DNA of 63,385 nt, counting the filler, from Octopus bimaculoides (Eukaryota), in assembly GCF_001194135.2 (NCBI RefSeq). It is 3 parts of 3 records of this genome, joined end to end, with 100 filler letters (N's around TTAATTAATTAA, not from the genome) between each part and the next. Parts side by side here need not be neighbours in the genome. Positions count along the whole stretch, not along the records: positions 47,283 to 63,385 come from NC_068995.1; 2 more parts are not named here. One strand, written 5' to 3'. A program made the position numbers and the translations under genes. Below are positions 52,700-63,385 of this stretch, piece by piece. Position 1 is the stretch's first letter; every line of letters begins with the position of its first letter. Under the pieces are notes generated by a model. It saw nothing but the letters and a program-made list of their open reading frames with translations. It was not told the DNA's origin and made no database searches.

Positions 52700-55600
52700 C
52701 AGTTGGTTTAGGTGTCACTTGCGTTCCCATGTATGATCTTTTACCATGTGCGTTATTTTTCCTAAACGTTTACTTATTATACCTTCTTCTCAACTTTTCT
52801 TTCCATTTCTGTATATTTTTAAAAAAACCTTGTCACCAATTTTGAAGTATTTCATCTTATTTTCAGTGTTTCTCTCCATTTTTTCTTTTCTTCCCAGTAG
52901 TAATTTGTCAAACACTGACCTGACTTTCTGGAAAATATTAGTTCAGCCAGCAACATAGCTAATGTGGTGTTAGAGATAGGTGTTATTCAGTAGACTTGTG
53001 TTAATGCAGTATCGGCTAGTAGTTCATTTCTAGATTTTTTCAGTGCACTCAAACATGTCTACGAAACGTTCCACTAGTCCATTCGATCTCAGATGGTACA
53101 GCAGAGTAGTAATATGCTCCATTGCATGCATTTTGCAAAAGTTATTAATTTCTTTTGACAATACCTGTGTTCCATTATCAGACACAATAGTGTTTGGGGA
53201 TGCCATATCATGCAAAAAGTTCATCCAGAAATCCCATCGTTACTTTGGTGGTTGGCTTCCTACATTTACATATTTCTGGCCATTTCATTTAACTATCCAC
53301 AACTATTAGATAATACACTCCATTTAATGGTCTAGCAAAGTCTATGTGTAATCTTGACCAAGGTATGTCACTGTTGGGCTAAGGTTGAATTTTTACAAGT
53401 GATGCCTTTGCTGCCAGGATACAACCCCTGAAGGATTTCAGCAATTTTTTTAATATCCTGATCCATATTTGGCCAGTAAACATAGCTTTTCATCAATACT
53501 TTCATTCTCATGATTCTAGGGTGTCCCATGTCGAATTCTTATGCAAAGAAACAGGTATTACAACCCTCTGAGCATACAGAAGTATGTTGTCACATATCGA
53601 ATACCATTTCAAAACTGTTACACTTGGTTACATGAGTTTTGTATTTGTTTCAAACTTCACTATTTTTTTCCATTTTTATTATTAATGTCTCCTTCTCTGC
53701 TTTAATTTTTATTTCTTCTGAAGTGACAGGTAGTTCACATACTATGTTGCAGAGTATATGTTTTATTTGGATTTTGGCTTTTAATGCTGCTATTACCAAG
53801 TCCTCTAATGGTTCACCGTATTTAGGAATCAATCTTGACAGCCCATCCACATGTCCTAATTTTTTGATGGTAGAAATTCCATCTTAAAATCATAATTTAG
53901 CAGGATCGTCCCCCAGTCCTGCAATCAGTTGGCTGTATGTGTGGGGATACCCTTTTTTGATCCGTAAATTGAGAATAATGGGCAGTGATCTGTTTTCAGA
54001 CTGAATTCCCTTCCATGTATGAATTTGTGAAATTTTTTCACCACAAAAATAATGGCTAATGAGGCATTAGCCATTATTTTCTCAATTTGGCTGTAGTTTT
54101 TTTTCAGCTGCCAACAATGAATGTGAAACATGAGCAATGGGTTTTATGCTACTATTTTCATACTTGTGTAAAATTACCACTCCTATACTACTTTCGCTAG
54201 CATCTGATACTACTACTATTTTAAAATTTGATAATGACAGTTCTGATGTTAAAACTTTTTCAATTTCTTCAAACACTTTTTGATACCTTTTTGACACCTT
54301 TTTTCACTAGGTTGTTTAGGGATGCACTTAGTTCATGCATGTCTGGTATCTATGTTTGGTAATAGTTCGCAAGCCCTAAGAACACAATAATGTTGTAATA
54401 TTTGGGGGGGGGGGGGTAAGGATATTTTTATTGTCATCAATCTTAAAGGATCTGGCATGTAACCATTTTTATCGATAACTTGCCCAAGATACTTTATTTC
54501 TGGCATGAAATATTCACATTTTTCCTTGCTAAGTTTGAATCCATACTCCTTTATCTTCTCAAAAACCATTTTAACATGTTCCTCATGCTAGCCTCTAGAC
54601 TTACTTTTTATGAGAATGTCATCCAAATATTCTGCGGCAAAATCCATATCTGCAAGCATCATGCCCATCACCAGTTGGAAAATATTAGGTGCCACCTTTA
54701 TCCCGAAAGGAAATCGATCGAATTTATATAAACCTTTATGAGTGTTTATCATTAATAATTTCAAACATTCTTCTTTGACTTGTAACTGTAAAACTGACAA
54801 GTCCAATTTGAGAAAAATTTTCCTCCATTTGAATTTCGCAAAATTTTCCTCTGGGCTTGGTAGTGGATAATTGTATGTCCTTAAACATTCATTCAAACCT
54901 GTTGAAAAGACCGCGCATACTCATATTTTGTTATTGTTTTTCTTTACATAAACAGTTGGTGCTGCCCATTCTGAATAGTCAACTTTTTCTATAACTCCCG
55001 GCTTTTCTAGCCTATCTAATCCCTCACTGACTTGATTCAATGCTGTGAAAGGTACAGCTTGCTTCAGTCTAACCACCGGTATGGTGTTTTCTTTTACTTC
55101 AAATTTTACTTTTGTCTTGGTACATCTACCTAATTCTTCCAAAAAAACATCAGGAAAAATCATTTTTCAATTTCTTTTTTAAATCTTCCAATGCCTTATT
55201 TACAGGCGTTATAATTGCTTACATTATAGCAAAAATTATTTATGGGGAGGTTCCATAAATTAAACAATTCTATCCAGTTTGTGTCAAAAAGGGTCATCGT
55301 ATTTTTTGATACAAAAACTTTAGCTTTCAAAGTTTTCCCACGAAATGTTACCTCACTAATCATTTTGTCCAAAAATCCTAATTGTTTTCCTGAGATGCCT
55401 CTCGCCATTTTCGCATATTTTTTCAATGTAGGCCTTCCTATTTCTTTCCATGTATCCTTGTTAATTATTGTGATGTCACTACCTCTGTCCATCTGTAGTC
55501 TTCTATTCACATTATTTGTTTTTATGGAGATAAATTTTCTAATACTTTTTCTTCTTGAATTTTTCCATTCAAACTTTTCTGTTTCACCCAACAATGTGAA

Positions 55601-56514
55601 TTCTTGAGTCCAATTTTTCCACATCCGAAACACTTTAGATTCTTAAAAGGACAGTTTCTTTTGAAATGTATTTCTCCACACCCATAACATGGTTTGGGTA
55701 TTGACTGTTGTTTTTCTTTTTTTCGTACCTTTTACCGGTCAACATGTATGCATATTTGAATAATCTTCTTCAATTTTTTCTGCGTCCTGTCGTAGACTTA
55801 TAATTCTTTGGCATTCTTCAGCCGCTATCTGTAGGGTTAGTTCTGAATCTTGTTCTAGTTTTGCCAATATTCGAGCCCTTATTTCTCCATCTTTATTTGC
55901 TGTTAATCCTTGCACGAAGATTAAACATTTGAACATGTTCAGGCTTAATTTGTCGAGTTTAAACCTTTCACATTCTCAATTTGCAATTCCAACATACGTG
56001 ACAAAATCTTCCATTTCTCTTTTTTCAAATTTAAACACTCCCAGCGAATAGTAAATAGTGAACTTCTTAGACAGAATATTTTAGATAATAGCTTAATTGT
56101 TTCCTTGAAACAAAATTTGGATGGCTTTCTCGGCATGATGTAATTACAAAACTTTTCCTGTTCTGCTGCTGATAATTTCCTTAAAAGAAGAGGAACCTTC
56201 TTTTCGTCTGTCCATCTTTTACACTCTTCCTTGAAGATTCCTTCATACCTTCTGAAGTAGGCAGAAAACATAATCCTTCTTTCGGATTATACGTGAATTC
56301 TTCAACTTGAATAAGCAACCACAACTGCCGAAAATGAACCAGAAGTGATTTTTGACTGCAACAATAATTCCAATAACTGTTGATTTAGTTGTTTTTGTTG
56401 TTCTTGTTGCTGCTGCTGTTGCAACTGTTGCTGCTGCTCTTGTTGCTGCTGTAGTTGCTGTTGCAACTGAACCATGGAAGCTAATAGGTCTTCTATGCTA
56501 AGAACGTCCACCAT
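52700..56514 (-). pseudogene. gag-pol pseudogene of the Gypsy element
   Basis: gag ATG at 56514 (MVDVLSIEDLLASMVQLQQQ...). The ORF-track pieces at 55945, 55739, 55196, 54921, 54588, 54333, 54082, 53925, 53650 and 53030 are collinear fragments of one polyprotein. Confidence 0.88.
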
Positions 56515-56527
56515 GAGCCTCAAATGT

Positions 56528-56582
56528 CTCATCAACACTGCTATGTCTTTCTTTGAACTCAATGTATATGCCACTTCATAAC
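56528..56582 (-). repeat. Remnant of the 5' LTR (U5 end) plus a decayed primer-binding site
   Basis: tgctatgtctttctttgaactcaatgtatatgccacttcataa aligns with the 3' LTR tgttaagtccttctttgaactcactgcatatgccactttataa. It is followed on the minus strand by TGTTGATGAG (TGGCGACGAG-like PBS) just before the gag ATG. Confidence 0.65.
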
Positions 56583-56587
56583 GTGGA

Positions 56588-58728
56588 CTTATGACAAGGT
56601 ACACATAAGTGGGCTGGCTACACCCCTCGTAAAGGCCACGGATTATGGTCTCACTTGTCTTGACAGGTCTTCTCATGCACAGCATATTTCCAAAGGTCTC
56701 AGTCACTAGTCATTGCCTCAGTGAGGCCTAATGTTCGAAGGTCGTGCTTCACTACCTCATCCCAGGTCTTCCTGGGTCTACCTCTTCCACAGGTTCCCTC
56801 AACTGCTAGGCTGTGGCACTTTTTCACACAGCTATCCTCATCCATTCTTGCCAAATTACCATACCAGTGCAATCGCCTCTCTTGTACACCACAACTGATG
56901 CTTCTTAGGTCCAACTTTTCTCTCTGGATACTTACACTCTGTTGAGTATGCACACTGACATTACACATCCAGCGGAGCATACTGGCTTCCTTGCAAGCTT
57001 ACGCATGTCCTCAGCAGTCACGACCCATGTTTCACTGCCATGTAGCATGGCTGTTTGCACACATGCGTCATACAGTCTACCTTTTACTCTGAGCGAGAGG
57101 CCCTTTGTCACCAGCAGAGGTAAGAGCTCTCTGAACTTTGCCCAGGCTTTTCTTATTCTAGTAGCTACACTTTCAGCACACCCTCCCCTAATACTCACTT
57201 AGTCACCTAGGTAATGGAAGCTATCAACCACTTCTAGTTTTTCTCCCTGGAATGTGGTAGTTGTTCTCTGCACATTTTCAATGTTTATTGCTCCTGAGCA
57301 TCTGCCACATACAAAAATTAACTTTTTAGCTAGCCTTCCTTTGATATTGCTGCACCTCTTATGTGTCCATAGCTTGCACTGGGTACATCTTACAGAGTTT
57401 CTACCTATGCCTTTTCTACAGATCGAGCAGGGCCATCTACCTGAAGGGGTTTGTGGTTTGTCTACCTTCCTACTTATTAGGACTTTGGTTTTAGCTAGGC
57501 TGACTCTAAAGCCCTTTGATTCTTATCCTTGCTTCCACACCTGAAACCTCTCCTCTAGTTCTGATAGTGATTCAGCAATTAGAGCAAGGTCATCAGCATA
57601 GAGGAGCTCCCAGGAGCATCCTGTCTTGAATTCTTGTGTTATTGCCTGGAGGACTATGATAAATAGGAGGGGGCTGAGGACAGAACCTTGGTGGACCCCT
57701 ACCTCTACCTGGAATTCTTCACTGTGCTCATTGCCAACCCTCACCTTACTGACGGCGTCCCTGTACATGGCTCCCACAGCTCTCACTAACCATTCATCTA
57801 TCCCTAGTTTCCTCATTGACCACCAAATAAGGGATCGGAGGACTTTATCAAAGGCTTTCTCCATGTCAACGAAAGCCAGGTACAGAGGTTTATCTTTGGT
57901 TAGGTATTTCTCCTTTGGCTAGGTATTTCTCTTACCAGAAATATAGCATCAGTGGTGCTTTTCCCTGGAACGAACCCAAACTGCATCTCATCTAGACTGG
58001 CTCTCTCCCTAATTGGTTGGGCTATGACCCTCTCCTTAACCTTCATTACCTGATCCAACAACTTGATACCTCTGTAATTATTTGTATCTAAAGCGTCACC
58101 TTTACCTTTGTAGCAGTTGACTATGGTACTGCTACACCAGTCATTGGATATGACTCCTTGGTGTATCACCTGGTTAACAATATGGGTGACTAGGCTATAG
58201 CCGACACTGCCAGATATTTTGAGCATCTCTGCAGTGATTCCTGATGGGCCGAGGTCTTTCCCTGTCTTCATACTCTTGATTGCTTTATCTACTGAGGTAC
58301 TGTCAATTCAGATAGCTGGTCCTTCTGTTGGGTCGACATTCGGCAGACTCTCTCTCTCTCTCCCATTCATTCTCTTTATTGAGCAACTTTTCATAGTAGC
58401 ATCTCCAAACCTCTCTCTTTGCAGCCTTGTTTAGTGCAAGTGAACCATCATCCATGTGGACACATTTCTCTCCTACAACATCACGATTATCTCTCACACA
58501 CTGTCTTGCAACACGAAATACTTCAAGTCTTTGGTCCTCAGGGCGCAGAACATTGGCAAAATTTTTCTTATCTGCTTCCCCTCTGGCTAAATAAACCTGT
58601 CTCCTAGCTTTCCTTCTGGCAGTCTGATACAATTCCCTGCTACCTCCATTCTTCCAGTCCTTCCAAGCCTTGTTTCTTTTGACTAATAGCCCGATCAACC
58701 ACATTGTTCCACCACCACGTTACCTAGG
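56588..58728 (-). mobile_element. RTE-clade LINE, copy 1 (5'- and 3'-truncated, disrupted RT ORF)
   Basis: RT motifs MEKAFDKV, GVHQGSVLSPLLF, ELLYADDLALIA and C-terminal GRGRPRKTWDEVV. Frameshifts are present. It lacks the last ~300 nt of 3' UTR seen in copy 2. Confidence 0.9.
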
Positions 58729-60037
58729 CTCAAAGTTTTTTTTTTTTTAATGTTCAATCCTGAAAAGAATATGTGTAGTGCAGAAAATGTTCTGGAGAGT
58801 AAGGAGTTGGTATACTGATTAGTGTGGATCTTGTGGTGAGGGAACATATACAAAAGATGGGAAGAGACAAGTGCATCAAGAACTTGAGTAAGAATGACAT
58901 GAGCTCAACCAACTCTGAGGAGAAGCTACTTTATAGCAGCAGAAAATGCAAAGCAGACACAGCACATTTAAGCCAGAGATTGGGAGAATGTTGGTGAGTA
59001 ACTTCATGCCAATTAGTCAGGTGGACTTTCAATGTAACCAAAGGATGATAATGTGTGCAATTGCAGCATACTTCTAGATGTGGGAGCCGCATAAGTTTGG
59101 ATCACTTAAATTTTGTAGAGGGTTGGTAGTTGTTGGAAACAGAAATATTTTCTGGCACTGAAGGTGATGGTGTTTGTGATACAATTTGGCTATGTTGAGG
59201 ATACATGTGCAGCAAGAGAGATAACTCAATGATGTTGAGGCCAAGATTTTGGAACAATCTTGACTGGTTACTACTTGTTGGAGTTATAAAACAAAATAAT
59301 TTCATGTATACATGTACACATACACACATGTATTACATGTAGTGATTTTAATGAAACCACTTCACTTGATATACATGCTTCATTCTTAATACTGTCCTCT
59401 CTATCAACATTTTACACTGACCCTACCATTCCCCAGACCAACAAACGATCTCTCCTTCTCTGCCACTATATAGCTCTCACTCTCTCCAAATGCTATAACT
59501 GCCTCTCCCTACTTCATCTTCTTTCATCCTTCCTCTGTCTACTGAACCATCATTACTATTTTACTCTTCTGCTACTCATTACTTGCATGCATCATTGGTC
59601 AATTCCCTACACCTAGTCAACTATTCACTACTTCCTTGTTTCAACTTACCAATCCCTACAGTTATTACCTATTCTTCCCTATCTCCCTTATCATCCATTA
59701 AACACTTCTTTATTCACCCACTCATCTGTTCACTCTTGCAACCACAACCTATCCACATTCCCAGTTTTTCTGCTCCATTCATTTCTATCCACCTCCTATC
59801 TTAAGGGTTCATATGGACACTTCATTACCATTTTGATCACTTTCCAGCTCCACCCCAATCACCTACTCTCCATATTCTCTTCTAAAGTTTGAGCAGCCAT
59901 ATAACTCCTGTACAGCAGAAACCTATTCTGCACTAGCCCCTTCTTTCACATTTTAACCCTTTATTTAAAATAATAAATTTCCTCTTTCCCCATCACTCAT
60001 ACATGAACCCAACATCCCTCATATGTGAACCCAATAT

Positions 60038-60083
60038 CTCAAAGTGAGTGTGGGCTCATACATGAGCCCACACTCACTTTGAG
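60038..60083. repeat. Perfect 22 bp inverted repeat with a 2 nt loop
   Basis: CTCAAAGTGAGTGTGGGCTCAT-AC-ATGAGCCCACACTCACTTTGAG. Confidence 0.95.
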
Positions 60084-60714
60084 TTTGTAGTTTTGCAAGC
60101 TAGATGATGATCTCACACAAGCACTGGTGTCATGATAAAAAGTATTTGCTGTTAAGTGGTTCGCTAGAAGAAGGGCATCCAGATACAGAAACCATTATAT
60201 CTTATTAATTTTATATTTTTTATTAAACTTCCTTTTTTTTCTTATTTTCCTTGTTTTTATTTTCCTGTTTTATATCTTTTTTTTTTCGATTTTTTCATTT
60301 TTCATGTGCATACTTGTCCCATACCTCACTACCCCACATCTTCACTGTTTGAAAACATACTTTTCCCTGTCAAATCACAGTTTGGACGTGAGTGTACCTA
60401 AAATCCACCACACTATGAGATGTTTACACTACACTCCCCCAGAAGCCCACATTATGACTTTCACATGCCTCTACACTAAAGAACAATCAACATCCCATCT
60501 GGCATTAAAGAACAACCCACTGTTATACCTTATTTATTTACTTAACTCCAATAATTCATCTATTTCAGGTACATTAAGACTAGCCACTGTTATACCACAT
60601 TTACTTAACTACAATTATTTTATCTATTGCAGGTCCATTTCATATGTTCCAACCCCCACACTTAGCATAGCAAATTCTTACACCCTTATGTTATGAGCAC
60701 ATATCTGCAAATAC

Positions 60715-62693
60715 AGAGCTGATCGATAAGTATCTGGACTGTTGCCAGAGAAGAAGCAGATAAGAGAAAAGTTGCCAATGTTCTGCATCGTGAGGACCAA
60801 AGACTTGAGGTGTTTTGTGTTGCAAGACAGTGTGTGAGAGAGAATTGTGATGTCATAGGAGAGAAATGTGTCTGTATGGATGACAGTTCACTTGCATTTA
60901 ATGAGGTTGCAAGGAAAGAGACTTGGAAACACCACTATGAAAGGTTGCTAAATGAAGAGAATGAAAGGGAGAAAGAGAGTCTGCCGAATGTCGACCCAAC
61001 AGAAGGACCAGCTATCCGAATTGACAGTACCTCAGTAGAAAAAGCAATCAAGAGTATGAAGACAGGGAACGCACCTGGCCCATCAGGAATCACCGTAGAG
61101 ATGTTTAAAATATCTGACGGTGTCGGCTATAGTCTAGTCACCCATACAGTCAATCAGGTGATACATGAAGAAATCATACCCAATGACTGGTGTAGCAGCA
61201 CCATAGTCAACTGCTACAAAGGTAAAGGTGATGCATCAGATACAAATAATTACAGAGGTATAAAGTTGTTGGATCAGGTAATGAAGGTCTCGGAGTGGGT
61301 CATAGCCCAATTAATTAGGGAGAGAGCCAGTCTAGATGTGATGCAATGTGGGTTTGTGCCAGGGAAAAGCACCACTGATGCTATGTTTCTGGTAAGAGAG
61401 CTGCAGGAATAATACCTACCCTAAGAAACCTCTGCACCTGGCTTTTATTGACAGGGAGAAAGCCTTTGATAAGGTCTCCGATACCTTATCTGGTGGTCAA
61501 TGAGGAAACTAGGGATAGATGAATGGTTAGTGAGAGCTGTACAAGCCATGTACAGGGATGCTGTCAGTAAGGTGAGGGTTGACAACGAGTACAGTGAAGA
61601 ATTCCAGGTAGGGGTAGGGAACCACCAAGGATCAGTCCTCAGCCCCTTCTTATTCATCATAGTCCTCCAGGCAATAACACATGAATTCAAAACAGAATGC
61701 CCCTGGGAGCTTCTCTATACTGATGACCTAGGTACAGCTGAGTCACTATCAGAACTAGAGGAGAGGTTTCAGGTGTGGAAGCAAGGTCTAGAATCAAAGG
61801 GCCTTTGAGTCAACCTAGCTAAAACCAATGTCTTAATAAGTAGGAAGGCAGACAAACCACAAATCCCTTCAGGTAGATGGCCCTGATCGATCTGTAGAAA
61901 AGGCGTAGATAGAAATTCCATAAGATGTACCCAATGTAAGCTATGGACACATAAGAGGTGCAGCAATATCACAGGAAGGCTAACTGGGAAGTTAGTTTTT
62001 GCGTGTGGCAAATGCTCAGGAGAAATAAATACTGATAATGTGCAGAATACATTCCAGAGGGAAAAACTACAAGTAGTTGATAGCTTCTGTTACCTAGGTG
62101 ACCAAGTGAGTATTAGGGGAGGATGCTCTGAAAGTGTAGCTGCTAGAATAAGAATAGCCTGAGCAAAGTTCAGAGAGCTCTTACCAGGAAAATCTGGGAT
62201 AAGGTGGTGAAGCACAACCTTCGAACATTGGGCTTCACTAAGGTAATGACAAGTGACCGAGACCTTCAGAGATATGCTGAAGCCAAGTGAGACCGTAACT
62301 GTGGCCTATGATAGTACAGCATAACCAGCCCATTTAAGAGTACCCTGCAATCATTGGACAATAAACTGCGTTTGCGAAGACCTGTTGAAGCAAGTGACAT
62401 TGTTGTCATGACCGATGACAGTACCGCCTGATTGGCACCTATGCCAGTGGCACGTTAAAAGCACCATTTAAGCATGATTGTTGCCTGTGCAGCCTGATTT
62501 TACGACGGCACGTAAAAAGCACCCAATACACTCTTGGAGTGGTTGGCATTAGGAAGGACATCCAGCTATAGAAACTTTGCCAGATCAGATAAGAGCCTGG
62601 TGCAGCCTTCTGGCTTGCCAGCCCTCAGTAAAACCATCCAAACCACGCCAGCATGGAAAGCAGACTTTAAATGACAATAATGATGATGATGAT
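60715..62693 (+). mobile_element. RTE-clade LINE, copy 2 (5'-truncated, internal deletion, 3' UTR ending in a TGA-repeat tail)
   Basis: Same family as copy 1 in opposite orientation: KGKGDASDTNNYRGIKLLD, HQGSVLSPFLF, ELLYTDDL. About 345 nt are missing near 62184 relative to copy 1. Ends ...aaatgacaataatgatgatgatgat. Confidence 0.9.
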
Positions 62694-63385
62694 ATATTAT
62701 ACATTAATGTATGCTTGTGGATGACACTTTACTCGACTGAGTAAAATATGTAAAATATGGCCCAGATCATGATTACCAGCATGTACGTCAGACTTCAAAA
62801 AGTAATTAACCATTTAATTTAGTAAATTTATACAGAAAAAGTAAGCATTATACAGTCTAGCATAAATAAAAGTCAACTTCATTATATTGAAGCCCATTAA
62901 ATGAGTCAACTTCCAATATGAACGTTTACGTTCAACTGAAGGCTTTAGAACAAGACACTTTGCCCAAAAAGGAAATTCAGCTGGCATGACGATGACAAAG
63001 CAAACTGCTGTTTCCCCACACCTAAAACTATGCCACAAGCAAGACAAAAACTTCCCTCCAAAGGGACCAACAGCCAGCCCTCTCTAGATGCCAACATAAG
63101 GGGTGCAACTGAGCAACAATGGAAGGAATTTCAACCATGTTTTGTGGTCTGCTACCACAACAGCTCCTTTAGAGGATCCAGTTAGCTCAAAACATCATCA
63201 GGAGGAACCACGTCTGGTTTCAGCCCCTACTCCTCTACCGTTTTGACGTGGCGGGGCCCCCACTTTCGGAGGTGTCTTCAGCTCTGGTGCTGGGTGCATG
63301 TCTTCTTCTATTCCCTGGCCTCTTCGATGCAGCATCAACAAGTGTCAGCGTCCGACTGACTGTCTTGTCAAATTCCCCTTTTTAT

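Larger units (their letters stand above)
52210..56582 (-). mobile_element. Decayed Ty3/Gypsy LTR retrotransposon (gag-PR-RT-RNaseH-IN order)
   Basis: Fragmented minus-strand ORFs: gag with polyQ and two zinc-knuckle-like motifs (CYGCGEIHFKRNCP, CFGCGKIGLKNSHC), protease-like MDRGSDITII, RT YLDDILI, RNase H VVSDASESSIG, integrase TIVSDNGTQ and NGLVERFV. Many stops and frameshifts. Confidence 0.92.

Noticed and set aside
58790-59060. Possible old LINE endonuclease relic (GVGILISVDLV...GDFNV-like)
   Set aside because: Only two short degenerate motifs; too weak to annotate without an alignment.
63040-63385. GC-richer segment at the window end, possibly an exon or another LINE 3' end on the minus strand
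   Set aside because: Cut by the window edge; no convincing splice pair or protein motif.

Overview
AT-rich, microsatellite-dense animal genomic DNA from a gappy draft scaffold. The SINE/LINE repertoire and repeat landscape look like an octopod cephalopod (inference, no database search). No prokaryotic features, CRISPR arrays, rRNA or intact tRNA genes were seen. Host coding content is small. Two minus-strand exons (35781-35723, 35002-34553) splice in frame into the C-terminal ~170 aa of a divergent Cdc42-like Rho GTPase ending in CQIV; its P-loop exon is not visible and may lie in an N gap. One isolated minus-strand exon (51821-51690) belongs to an unidentified gene. The rest is mostly transposon debris: a decayed Ty3/Gypsy LTR element (52.2-56.6 kb), two RTE-clade LINE copies in inverted orientation (56.6-58.7 and 60.7-62.7 kb), a decayed mariner transposase (47.7-48.6 kb), two abundant SINE families, two MITE-like elements, a probable Penelope fragment and an unclassified transposase-like relic. 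The most interesting items are the atypical Rho GTPase, an inverted pair of decayed minimal hammerhead-ribozyme motifs at ~14.2-14.4 kb, the long inverted LINE pair, and a palindromic E-box/homeobox cluster at 44.3-44.4 kb. Two engineered 44N-TTAATTAATTAA-44N spacers mean adjacency across 27.0 kb and 47.2 kb is uncertain. Most ORFs in the supplied track are microsatellite or N-run artefacts. I found no clearly new multi-gene system.
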